From assembly GCA_021785355.1 (NCBI GenBank), contig JAJYFR010000006.1:1-58508 (forward strand): a stretch of DNA of 58,508 nucleotides, written 5' to 3'. The stretch is from a bacterium. Its GTDB lineage: Bacteria > Patescibacteriota > Dojkabacteria > JAKAPS01 > JAJZLI01. Every line of letters begins with the position of its first letter. The first letter of the stretch is position 1. Of this stretch, positions 9,297 to 18,728 are shown in pieces. Position numbers and translations under genes: made by a program. The notes beneath the pieces are model-generated. The model searched no databases and was not told the origin of the DNA. It saw nothing but the letters and a program-made list of their open reading frames with translations.

Positions 9297-10064
9297 ATGA
9301 ATAATTCTTTGAAAGATTGGATTTTTCCAACCAAGAAAAATAACTTTAAATCACCTTTACTTAAAAATAAATCACTTACTGTTTACCTTATTTTCTTAAT
9401 TTTTATAAATATAATGTTACCATATTTCATATCATCAGGTAATATATCTTCTCTATCTTTATATAATACTATTAATAAGGACAGAAATTCTGCATCTTTA
9501 GCAAATCTTTCATTTAGTAGATCTCTTTCCTATTCAGCTTCAGAAATCATAGGAGATATATCAAAATATCAATATTTATCTTCAATAAATCCTTTAACAA
9601 ATTATTCTTATTACCATTTTATTAATACTAATAAATTTAGTAATGTGAATGAGATAATTTTAAAAAATTATATATCTCTAAATTCAGCTAATTCAAATAT
9701 ATTGAATCTTTATAAAAATGAAATTCTTAACTCAAGAATAAATGATATAGGTATAGCTGTTAAAAATATCAACTTTTATGGAAATACACAACAGATAATA
9801 ATAGTACTTACTGCAAAAGGAAATAATACTTCATCTCAACCAGCCTTAAATATATCTTCTAACCTAGGACTTATAGATTACACTATAATAACCTATACAG
9901 ATATGTTTATATTGATATTTTTAATATTCTTGATACTCTCTGACGTATTATTTTCTTATTATTACAATAATTTTAAAAATAAAAGTATTCCATATATGAA
10001 TTTAATACTTTCTTTTATAACCATGATAGTCGTATTAATATTAATATTGGGGGTAATATTATGA
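9297..10064 (+). CDS. Membrane protein with a degenerate CAP/SCP-like domain
   Basis: WIFPTKKNNFK leader, TM helix, INKDR...LANLS...EILNSRINDIGIAV, C-terminal TMs. Confidence 0.6.
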   Translation: MNNSLKDWIFPTKKNNFKSPLLKNKSLTVYLIFLIFINIMLPYFISSGNISSLSLYNTINKDRNSASLANLSFSRSLSYSASEIIGDISKYQYLSSINPLTNYSYYHFINTNKFSNVNEIILKNYISLNSANSNILNLYKNEILNSRINDIGIAVKNINFYGNTQQIIIVLTAKGNNTSSQPALNISSNLGLIDYTIITYTDMFILIFLIFLILSDVLFSYYYNNFKNKSIPYMNLILSFITMIVVLILILGVIL

Positions 10065-10876
10065 AAAATTTAATAAAATATAATATTGAAATTTTAAGCT
10101 TCTTATTCTTTATAATTATCCAAATACTTATAATATCACTCTATCTAAGCTCACTAACATTTATCCTTATATATATATTTCTAGCTAATTTAGTAATTCT
10201 TTTATCTTTAATAGATGGAACAAAAAAATTTAAAATTTATGTAAAAGATATAGATATAAAAAAAACAGATAAAACTATATATTTTTATAATCAAATAATT
10301 ATACCTCTATCTTTATTTATATCTACAGAGATATTCTTAATAATAAATAGATTCAACATCACTATATCTGAAATTATTATGCTTATATCTTTAGTATTGT
10401 TTTATACTTCTCTAAGATATATTGAATCTTATTTTGAAGTATTCGAATTTAGTGAGAAAGCTCACTATACTATAAATACTGTAAAATTATTTATATTTTT
10501 CCTTTCTATATATACTCTATTTGAAATTTCTACAATAATAAATATGTCTCTTATAATAGAAATTATTTTTGTTTTTTTAATATCTTTTTCATTAATTCTC
10601 ATGATGATGCAGAGAAATAAGAAATATAATATAAAATATATTGCTTATTCATTTTTATTTTCTCTTATAATTATATTTATATCTACACTGAGTTTATTAT
10701 ATCTTAAGAATGCACTTTTAACTGCATTCTTACTATCTTTGATATTCTATATTTTTGAAAATATTGTTCATCATAAAATACATAAAAACCTTAGCAATGA
10801 GATAATAATAGAGTATATACTTATAGCACTTATTATGTTTTTAATTGCAAGAGGTATATTTCTAATTTATGTATAA
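10061..10876 (+). CDS. Multi-pass membrane protein
   Basis: Many hydrophobic segments; overlaps both neighbours in an operon. Confidence 0.7.
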   Translation: MKNLIKYNIEILSFLFFIIIQILIISLYLSSLTFILIYIFLANLVILLSLIDGTKKFKIYVKDIDIKKTDKTIYFYNQIIIPLSLFISTEIFLIINRFNITISEIIMLISLVLFYTSLRYIESYFEVFEFSEKAHYTINTVKLFIFFLSIYTLFEISTIINMSLIIEIIFVFLISFSLILMMMQRNKKYNIKYIAYSFLFSLIIIFISTLSLLYLKNALLTAFLLSLIFYIFENIVHHKIHKNLSNEIIIEYILIALIMFLIARGIFLIYV

Positions 10877-11171
10877 AATAAAAGCATTAAAACTAACTAA
10901 TTCTAGAGATAAAGCTTTAGGAAAAATAAAATACAGAAAAGAGAATATTTTTTTTCAAACTAGATTTGGAATTCATACATTTGGAATAAAAGAGCCAATA
11001 GATATTTTTGTATTGGACAATAAGTTAAATGTTGTAAAAATAAAAAAAGAATTGAAGCCTCAAAGGTTCTTTTTTTGGAATATAAAATATAATAATATAT
11101 TGGAGATAAATAGTGATATAAAAGAGAATTTAAAAATTGGAGATACTATACACTTAATCCCTACTGACTGA
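10869..11171 (+). CDS. DUF192-family protein
   Basis: GIHTFGIKEPIDIFVLD...ILEI...LKIGD. Confidence 0.8.
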   Translation: MYKIKALKLTNSRDKALGKIKYRKENIFFQTRFGIHTFGIKEPIDIFVLDNKLNVVKIKKELKPQRFFFWNIKYNNILEINSDIKENLKIGDTIHLIPTD

Positions 11172-11247
11172 ATTAGTGTTAATTAGGTCAATCCATTGAC
11201 TGAATTCGTGCGAATTCGGCTAGACAAAATATGTATATAATGACGGT

Positions 11248-11397
11248 ATGATAAACAGAAAATTACAAAAAATAATAATTGAAAAACTTCGTAATTATGA
11301 TAAAAGTATATTGCTATATGGAACAAGACAAGTAGGTAAAACCACCTTAGTAAAAAATATTATCAGTGAATTAGGATATAAAACTCTTTCTATAAAC
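11248..11397 (+). pseudogene. 5' fragment of an AAA_14 ATPase
   Basis: MINRKL...YGTRQVGKTTLV; homology stops at a hairpin element. Confidence 0.8.
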
Positions 11398-11451
11398 TTC
11401 CCACGACCTCACGGTCGGAGTTTTAAGTTCGGAGTCTATAAAGATATTTTT
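11328..11451 (+). repeat. 124-bp target-site duplication, left copy
   Basis: Identical to 13060-13183. Confidence 0.95.
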
Positions 11452-13059
11452 CCTGACTTCCCCAATCAATCAAGGTAGAGATTTGTGATATTGTATTAGA
11501 GCCACAAAATGATAGAAAAATGTTAAAATGGCATACTAATGTATCATCATGTGGAAGATTAGAACTACAAGAACAAATTCTGGGAATATTGCTGTACAAG
11601 TTGTTGAGAATTCTTCTCATAAGGTTAATGTGATAAAGCATATTGGTACAGGTAGAAATGAACAAGAAGTTGAAGATCTTAAGATGCTTGGATATGAATA
11701 TATACAAAAACACAATGTTGATTCAGGACAGATTTCTTTTCTTGATGAGAAAAAGAGTAGTTTAGTATCAATTGATAATTTAAATCTCATTCATACTAAT
11801 CATGCTTTTGCACATGAATATCTATCTCATATATATGAGATTTACGGATTTAATTCTCTAGAAAAGAAACTGCTGCAAGATTTAGTGATTGTAAGAATAC
11901 TTGAACCTGTATCTAAAACAGAGTCAATAGACCTCATAGAAGAGTACTTTAACATTCAATATTCTAAAGGATCTCTTTATCGTAATTTACTCGCGATCTC
12001 TTCAATAAAAGATCAGATTGAAGAGATTGCCGTAGATTATGCAAAGAGAAACCTTAATTTTGATTTCTCTTTGGTATTCTACGATGTCACAAATCTATAC
12101 TTTGAATCTTTTAAATCTGATGAATTTAGAAAGCCTGGTTTCAACAAGGATGGGAAATCTCAACAACCTCAAGTTGCAATAGGATTGGTTGTAAACTCTG
12201 ATGGGTATCCGATATCAATAGAGATCTTTGAAGGTAACAAGTTTGAAGGACATACTTTCATACCTGTAATATTAGCTTTAAAGGAGAAATACAATATTAA
12301 TACTCTCACAGTAGTAGCTGATGCTGCTATGCTATCTTACGATAATATGAAAGCTTTAGAAGAGAATGGACTATCCTTCATAGTAGGTGCAAGGCTTTCT
12401 AAGGTTGACAGTAAGGTATTAGAATCAATAGCAGCAGAACTTAACAGGGAAGAAGGTAAATATATATCAACAGATACAAAGTATGGAACACTAGTTACTG
12501 ATTACTCACGCAAAAGAGCACAGAAAGATAAATCAGATAGGAATAAGCAGATTAGAAAAGCTCAAGCACACATACAGTATCCATCAAAAAATAGAAGACC
12601 TAGATTTGTTAAACAAACAAGTAAAACTGCGCTAGAGATAAATACTGAATTAATAGAAGCAGATGAGCTTAAAGAGGGTATCAAAGGATATTACACGAAT
12701 CTTGTAGATATTTCTCCTCAATTAATAGTTGCAAGATATCATGATTTATGGCATGTAGAGAAATCATTTAGGATTGCAAAAGGTGATCTTAAGGCAAGGC
12801 CAATATACCATAGGAAAAAAGATATGATACTCTCTCATATATTAATTGTTTTCATAGGATTATGTTTATCAAAGTATCTAGAAGTTAATACAGGATTATC
12901 CATAAAGGTCATAAGGAAAAGTATTATGAGGATAGTTGATGTAACAATGCAAGACTCTTTAACTCAACAGTCTTTTACTAAAAGAATGACTATTCCCAAC
13001 TCAGATATATACGCTACTTTATTAAAACTTCTCTAGGCATACTAATTGGGGAAGTCAGG
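11452..13059 (+). mobile_element. IS1634-family insertion sequence (1608 bp)
   Basis: 15-bp terminal IRs CCTGACTTCCCCAAT / ATTGGGGAAGTCAGG; long flanking direct repeat. Confidence 0.95.
11549..13036 (+). CDS. IS1634-family DDE transposase
   Basis: FYDVTNLYFES, GFNKDGK, VVADAAM, YHDLWHVEKSFRIAK, ARPIYH. Confidence 0.96.
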   Translation: MWKIRTTRTNSGNIAVQVVENSSHKVNVIKHIGTGRNEQEVEDLKMLGYEYIQKHNVDSGQISFLDEKKSSLVSIDNLNLIHTNHAFAHEYLSHIYEIYGFNSLEKKLLQDLVIVRILEPVSKTESIDLIEEYFNIQYSKGSLYRNLLAISSIKDQIEEIAVDYAKRNLNFDFSLVFYDVTNLYFESFKSDEFRKPGFNKDGKSQQPQVAIGLVVNSDGYPISIEIFEGNKFEGHTFIPVILALKEKYNINTLTVVADAAMLSYDNMKALEENGLSFIVGARLSKVDSKVLESIAAELNREEGKYISTDTKYGTLVTDYSRKRAQKDKSDRNKQIRKAQAHIQYPSKNRRPRFVKQTSKTALEINTELIEADELKEGIKGYYTNLVDISPQLIVARYHDLWHVEKSFRIAKGDLKARPIYHRKKDMILSHILIVFIGLCLSKYLEVNTGLSIKVIRKSIMRIVDVTMQDSLTQQSFTKRMTIPNSDIYATLLKLL

Positions 13060-13183
13060 ACAAGTAGGTAAAACCACCTTAGTAAAAAATATTATCAGTG
13101 AATTAGGATATAAAACTCTTTCTATAAACTTCCCACGACCTCACGGTCGGAGTTTTAAGTTCGGAGTCTATAAAGATATTTTT
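13060..13183 (+). repeat. 124-bp target-site duplication, right copy
   Basis: Identical to 11328-11451. Confidence 0.95.
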
Positions 13184-13543
13184 GATATATCAGAAATAAA
13201 AATACATTACAAATAAGAAATCTTTTAATATATTCTAGATGTTTTCGTTTTTATTACCTCGTTGTTTTATCATTATATTACAGGTTTATTTGGTACTTCC
13301 AAAAAACAAGTAAATTCAATTAAAAGAATATTCAATAAAATAAGAAATCAATAGATTTAATTTCAGGGTTATTATTCAATTAGAAAAGACTGTGTTTTTA
13401 ATATCACTTTTGAGCTTTTCTCTTCTTCAATAAGGAAATCTCTTAAAGCTTCAGTTTCCTCTAGTTTCATCTCACTATTCAAATCACAGTCCTCATAGTT
13501 TAACTTATGAGAATCTAATACATAAAATTTTCTCTTTAAATTG

Positions 13544-13993
13544 TTAAGAGAAAGTATATATTTTATGCCACATTGTTTTGTCTGATGATAAAGGTTCGTA
13601 GGTGATTTTTCCTGTAAATGTCAAAGTAATATCTCCTACAGTATCTGTAGAAAGCAATTTTTTAAAAAAAACCCCAATTGCGATAACTTTAATATTTTTT
13701 ATTTGATCCACTATAATTTTTAAGGCATCCCCAATATGATTTATTTTTTGAGCTTCATCAATCACTATAAGATCATAACCTGATGCATAAGGAATAATCA
13801 AATTGAAGTTTCTTGAACTTAAAATGTTTTGTATTTCAATATTATCACCAGAATCTAATTTATATCTAAGTTTTGTAGAGCTAAGAAAATTTTCTACAAG
13901 AGTAGTTTTTCCAACTTGCCTAGGTCCATAAAGTATTAATGCTTTTTCATTTTCTAGCAAAGAGTCTATATTAGAATATATTCTGTTTATCAT
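13544..13993 (-). pseudogene. Truncated AAA_14 ATPase fused to unrelated sequence
   Basis: YGPRQVGKTT, VIDEAQ; homology lost after KVIA. Confidence 0.8.
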
Positions 13994-14015
13994 ACCGTCA
14001 TTATATTAACATTAC

Positions 14016-14074
14016 CCTCTGTATTTTGATAAATACGGTGATTACTATCTACTGTATTTATCAAAATACAGAGG
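14016..14074. promoter_or_regulatory. 21-bp perfect inverted repeat upstream of the AAA ATPase fragment
   Basis: CCTCTGTATTTTGATAAATAC (14016-14036) / GTATTTATCAAAATACAGAGG (14054-14074). Confidence 0.6.
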
Positions 14075-14257
14075 CTTTTATTGTAAAAGTATTTATAAGA
14101 TTAATTTAGTTATTTTACTATAAAATCTATATAATTTTCCTTGTTAATTAAAGAAAATTCTGAATCAGGATAAGTATCCATCTAATATTGAGAAGAAGTT
14201 TTTATTATTTCATCAACCTATTTTATTTTATATACATTTAATTTATTTTTGAAATCT

Positions 14258-15517
14258 TTAAAATACAGCTGCAAAAAAGATATTTTGAGAGTTATAACTC
14301 AAACCTCCTCCCATATTTTGACCAAATGTTAGATTTGGACCAAACCAAGGATCTTGCATTGTTCCACTAGCACCTACTGCACCCGTCATTGTAACAAAAT
14401 GTGTACCAAAAGAATTATCTGGAACATAAAAACCTATGACTACAGGAGAGGAAGGAGATGCATATGCATCAATTTGAGAAATTGAAGGATTCCAAATTAC
14501 ATCTTGTACTCCAGGAAGACTATAAAACTGAGCTCCATTATTCCAATATTGTAGAGCTGTTTGAGAAAGAGGTGTAAAATTACTATTTCCTATTAAATTT
14601 TCAGCCATTATTATAGCAATTAAAGAACAGCCTGCACTCGCATATGTATCACCAGAAGAATCTAGTACATAATTACCCCATTGAGAACATTCTTGAGAAA
14701 AATATGCACCTTGTTGACAAGGAACATTCAAAGGGATAGTACCTGGGACTCCTTCTGAAAGCTCTAATCTTGATAATTTTTGCAATATAGACTGTTGTTG
14801 TTGATAGAGAGAATTATTTGAACTCTGAATACTATTACTCTGGTTAATAAGATTTGCTTGTTCATTTTTTAAAGTATTTTGATCTGCTATCAAAGAATTT
14901 TGAGTAGACACTTCTTGTGTTAATAAGCTTTGTGCATTCTGTTGTTTTAGTGCAACAGACGCTTTATTTTTATTTAAAGCATTTACAGTGACATTTAATT
15001 TTTGAACTAGTGTATTTTCATGCGTCATTGTAGATTTAAAATAGACTACTGATACCATTGCATTAGTTATATTTGAATTTCCCATAAACAAAGTTACTGG
15101 AGGTATATATGTTTGTTCATATCCAGATCTAGCATTAGAATCTATTTGCACTTTTATAGCATCTATTTTGACTTGTTCTTGTGCTATTTGAATATTTAAT
15201 TGATTAATTTGGGAATTTAGTGCAGCTACTTGAGCTCTTTCATTATTAACTAAAACTTCTTTCTGAAAAATTAATTGTTGATAAGCATTAATTTGAGGTT
15301 GAAGGTTCGAACTTTCTGTATTAAATGTATTTATTTTCTGTTGATTTTGATTTATCAAATTCTGAATATCATTATATTGTTGTTGTAATGAACTTATAGA
15401 TGAAGTTGCGTTAACTACACCCGGCTTATAAAGCATGAAAGGATATACAGCTATAAGAAACGAAAGTACAGAAAATATTGAGATCCTTATCTTTTTATTA
15501 GAAAATATCTTTTTCAT
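14258..15517 (-). CDS. Secreted coiled-coil protein with a C-terminal peptidase C39-like domain (probable FtsEX-associated hydrolase)
   Basis: Signal/anchor, Q/N-rich coiled coil, YFSQ...W...AGCSLIA, HFV, DPW; downstream of ftsX. Confidence 0.75.
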   Translation of the reverse strand: MKKIFSNKKIRISIFSVLSFLIAVYPFMLYKPGVVNATSSISSLQQQYNDIQNLINQNQQKINTFNTESSNLQPQINAYQQLIFQKEVLVNNERAQVAALNSQINQLNIQIAQEQVKIDAIKVQIDSNARSGYEQTYIPPVTLFMGNSNITNAMVSVVYFKSTMTHENTLVQKLNVTVNALNKNKASVALKQQNAQSLLTQEVSTQNSLIADQNTLKNEQANLINQSNSIQSSNNSLYQQQQSILQKLSRLELSEGVPGTIPLNVPCQQGAYFSQECSQWGNYVLDSSGDTYASAGCSLIAIIMAENLIGNSNFTPLSQTALQYWNNGAQFYSLPGVQDVIWNPSISQIDAYASPSSPVVIGFYVPDNSFGTHFVTMTGAVGASGTMQDPWFGPNLTFGQNMGGGLSYNSQNIFFAAVF

Positions 15518-15557
15518 TGTATTTTCTAATATACCAAAAAAATAGATCTATATCAAT

Positions 15558-16484
15558 TTATTTTTTTAAATATCTTGAGATAGCAATTAATGATGACAAT
15601 CCTCCTATAATTATACCTAAGAGTACTTCACCCAATATTATCTCTATCATTAATAGAGGAGTGTATTGATTAAGAGGAATTCCTTGGAAGAAACTTAGTA
15701 TCGGAAGTAGAATACTTGTCTTATAATAAGTACTTATTGTAAAAAATATAAGATATAAAATTGTTGAAGAGAAAAATACTCCTAATATACCATAGAAAGC
15801 ACCTTCTAATATAAAAGGTCCTGATACATATGAATTAGTAGCTCCTACTAATTTCATTATTTCTATCTCTTCTGAGTGTGAATTTATAGTTATAGCAATT
15901 GTTATTATAATAATAACAAAAGATATTATACCTAAAAAGATTATAAGACCTAAACCTATTTCTGTTATTATTGATACAGCTTTTTTCAAAAATTGAACAA
16001 CACTTTTTATATATAAAATATTGTTAATCTGACCGTGACTTTTAGATTTCAGTTTATATAGCATAGCAGCTATATCTGATAAATTAGTCAGATTAGAAGT
16101 ACTAATTTCAAATGAAGGAGGAAGTGCATTTACATCAACTGCATTTGCTAATTGAGGATTTTGAGTTTTCAAAACACTTTCAAAATTGTTATAAGCTTGT
16201 TTTTTTGATACAAAGACTATTTTAGATGCTTTATTTGAGTTTAATATATCAGTTTTAATAGAAGAGATATATGAAGATGATGCATTTGGATCAAAAAATA
16301 CAATCACTTGAGATTTAGATTCATAATAATGTAATATTACATTTATTGAATATACTGTTAGAGAAAACATAGATATAACAAAAAAAGTTAGAGTCATTAT
16401 TGCTATAGATGCAAAAGAAAGCCACCCATTTCTAATTATGTGTTGAATAGTATATTTAAAAATTCTTTCTATTTTTAAAATCAT
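15558..16484 (-). CDS. ftsX: Cell division permease FtsX
   Basis: RNGWLSFASI, EIEIMKLVGAT, PFILEG. Confidence 0.93.
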   Translation of the reverse strand: MILKIERIFKYTIQHIIRNGWLSFASIAIMTLTFFVISMFSLTVYSINVILHYYESKSQVIVFFDPNASSSYISSIKTDILNSNKASKIVFVSKKQAYNNFESVLKTQNPQLANAVDVNALPPSFEISTSNLTNLSDIAAMLYKLKSKSHGQINNILYIKSVVQFLKKAVSIITEIGLGLIIFLGIISFVIIIITIAITINSHSEEIEIMKLVGATNSYVSGPFILEGAFYGILGVFFSSTILYLIFFTISTYYKTSILLPILSFFQGIPLNQYTPLLMIEIILGEVLLGIIIGGLSSLIAISRYLKK

Positions 16485-17155
16485 TCGTTATATCCTCCTT
16501 TAGAATCTCTAATGATTTTTCCGTCTTCTAGAGCAATAACTCTTTTTTGCATTGAATTAACAACATCTGAAGCATGAGTAGCCATAAGTATAGTAGTACC
16601 CCAACCATTAATCTTAGAAAGAAGTTGTATAATATCCCAGCTTACAGATGGATCCAAATTTCCAGTTGGCTCATCTGCTATTAATATATGAGGATTATTT
16701 ACCAATGCTCTTGCTATTGCAACTCTTTGTTTTTCACCTCCTGAAAGTTGATGAGGAAACAATTTTGCTTTAGATGCTAGGCCTACCATATCTAGTATAT
16801 AGTCAACACTTTTTTTTATCTCTCTATTATTATGATCAGATAGTTCTAGCGCAAAAGCAACGTTTTCAAATGTTGTTTTTTTAGGAAGAAGTTTAAAATC
16901 TTGAAAAACCACCCCTATTTCTCTTCTTAAAAAAGGAAGCATCCTTTTGTTCATATTTTCAATACTATATCCAGCAAAATGAATAGTACCTTCTGAAAGA
17001 TTTTCTTCTTTGATTATAAGTCTCATAATAGTACTCTTTCCTGCCCCTGAATGTCCTACTAAAAATACAAATTCTCCTTCATCTATATCAAAATTAATAT
17101 TAGATAAAACATCCTTTCCATTATATTTTTTATAAACGTTTTTGAAAGTTAACAT
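16481..17155 (-). CDS. ftsE: Cell division ATP-binding protein FtsE
   Basis: GHSGAGKST, VVFQDFKLL, LSGGEKQRVAIARA, ADEPTGNLD. Confidence 0.95.
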   Translation of the reverse strand: MLTFKNVYKKYNGKDVLSNINFDIDEGEFVFLVGHSGAGKSTIMRLIIKEENLSEGTIHFAGYSIENMNKRMLPFLRREIGVVFQDFKLLPKKTTFENVAFALELSDHNNREIKKSVDYILDMVGLASKAKLFPHQLSGGEKQRVAIARALVNNPHILIADEPTGNLDPSVSWDIIQLLSKINGWGTTILMATHASDVVNSMQKRVIALEDGKIIRDSKGGYNE

Positions 17156-17189
17156 ACATATTAAAGAGTATTACAAATACAAAGTTTTT

Positions 17190-18275
17190 TCAATCTAATT
17201 TAATCTCTGCATATATAAATTGATCCAATTCTCCATTTAGAACAGATTCAGTATCAGTTGTTTCAACATTTGTCCTTAAATCTTTTACCAGTTTATATGG
17301 ATGTAGCACATAATTTCTTATTTGATTTCCCCACATAGGAATTTTATGTTCACCTTTAAGATTTGATAATTCCAAAGACATCTTTTCCTCTTCTAATTTA
17401 TATAACTGTGCTCTTATCCTCCTTAGAGCAGATTCTCTATTTTGTACTTGAGATCTCTCAGCCCCTACAGTGACTGTAATACCTGTAGGTACATGTTTTA
17501 ACGTTACTTTAGTAGATACTTTATTTACATTTTGTCCTCCAGGTCCACCTCCTCTAGTTGCTGAAAATTCTATATCTTCATCTCTTATTTCTATTTCATT
17601 ATTATCTTTAATAAGAGGTGTAACCTCAACTAAAGCAAAAGAAGTTTGTCTTAAAGATTGAGCATTGAAAGGAGATATTCTAACCAATCTATGAGTACCA
17701 CTTTCTCTTTTTAAATATCCGAAAATATAATCGCCTTCAATCTCTATACTTACACTACTCAATCCTGCTTCCGTACCTTGTACCATGTCAGTAACTTCAT
17801 ATTTCCATCCTTTTGTCTGAAAATATCTGGTATACATCCTATATAGCATATCTGTCCAATCCATAGCTTCTGTACCACCTTGTCCTGCATGTATTGAAAG
17901 AATTGCTCCATTTCTATCAAATTTTGAAGAGAGATATGTCTTTAATTCTATTTTTTCAAATTCAGATTCTATTTTTTCAAAATCTTTATCTACTTCATCT
18001 TTTAAATTTTCAAAATCTTCACTACCTAAAGATACTAATTCTCTAAGATATGAAACTCTTTCTTCTAGATCATCCAACAGCTCCACTTCTGTTTTTCTAT
18101 CATTTAGTTCTCTCATTATATCCGTAGCATTATTTGAATCATCCCAGAAACCTTCTTTGACAGTTTCTAATTCCAATCTATCTATATCCATTCTTAATTC
18201 TGGATATTTTAGATTTACTTTTAAATCAATAAGCCTTCTTTCTAAAACAGAAATTTTATCTTTAATGATTTCCAT
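17190..18275 (-). CDS. prfB: Peptide chain release factor 2
   Basis: SPF motif, GGQ, WGNQIRNYVLHPY; single continuous frame. Confidence 0.97.
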   Translation of the reverse strand: MEIIKDKISVLERRLIDLKVNLKYPELRMDIDRLELETVKEGFWDDSNNATDIMRELNDRKTEVELLDDLEERVSYLRELVSLGSEDFENLKDEVDKDFEKIESEFEKIELKTYLSSKFDRNGAILSIHAGQGGTEAMDWTDMLYRMYTRYFQTKGWKYEVTDMVQGTEAGLSSVSIEIEGDYIFGYLKRESGTHRLVRISPFNAQSLRQTSFALVEVTPLIKDNNEIEIRDEDIEFSATRGGGPGGQNVNKVSTKVTLKHVPTGITVTVGAERSQVQNRESALRRIRAQLYKLEEEKMSLELSNLKGEHKIPMWGNQIRNYVLHPYKLVKDLRTNVETTDTESVLNGELDQFIYAEIKLD

Positions 18276-18279
18276 AGAA

Positions 18280-18666
18280 TTATATTTTAAGAATACTTTT
18301 TACTTCTTCTATAATTTGTTTAGTGGTATGAAAAGATTTTATTATATATCCAGATGCTTCTCTAGCAAAACCTTCTTTAATAGTAGTATCATCAGAAAGA
18401 TTAGTAAGTAATATGACTGGAATATTCATAACAGAAGGAGATGATTTTAATTCTTTTAATACATCCAATCCATTCATTTGAGGCAACATTATATCTAGAA
18501 GAATAAAATCGGGTTTTTCATTTTTTGCCATAATCAAACCTTCTTCTCCTGTATATGCATTTATGACAGAAAAATTGTTTTGTTCAAAAGACCTTGCATA
18601 TATAAAAGCGATATTCACTTCATCTTCTATTAAAAGTACTTTCAGTTTTTTATTATCTTTCTGCAT
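18280..18666 (-). CDS. Single-domain response regulator receiver
   Basis: LLIEDE, LLDIMLPQMNG, VILLTN, YIIK. Confidence 0.92.
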   Translation of the reverse strand: MQKDNKKLKVLLIEDEVNIAFIYARSFEQNNFSVINAYTGEEGLIMAKNEKPDFILLDIMLPQMNGLDVLKELKSSPSVMNIPVILLTNLSDDTTIKEGFAREASGYIIKSFHTTKQIIEEVKSILKI

Positions 18667-18728
18667 ATTAAAAATTATATTCGCATATACTCTAAAAGTA
18701 AATAGAAAAATATGTTATAATTTAGTAT

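Noticed and set aside
11230-11256. dif-like look of TATGTATATAATGACGGTATGATAAAC
   Set aside because: The spacer is one base short of the 11-6-11 dif geometry, and the sequence is explained by a -10 box followed by the ATG.
13184-13560. Possible gene remnants right of the IS1634 duplication
   Set aside because: Short broken frames with no recognisable family.
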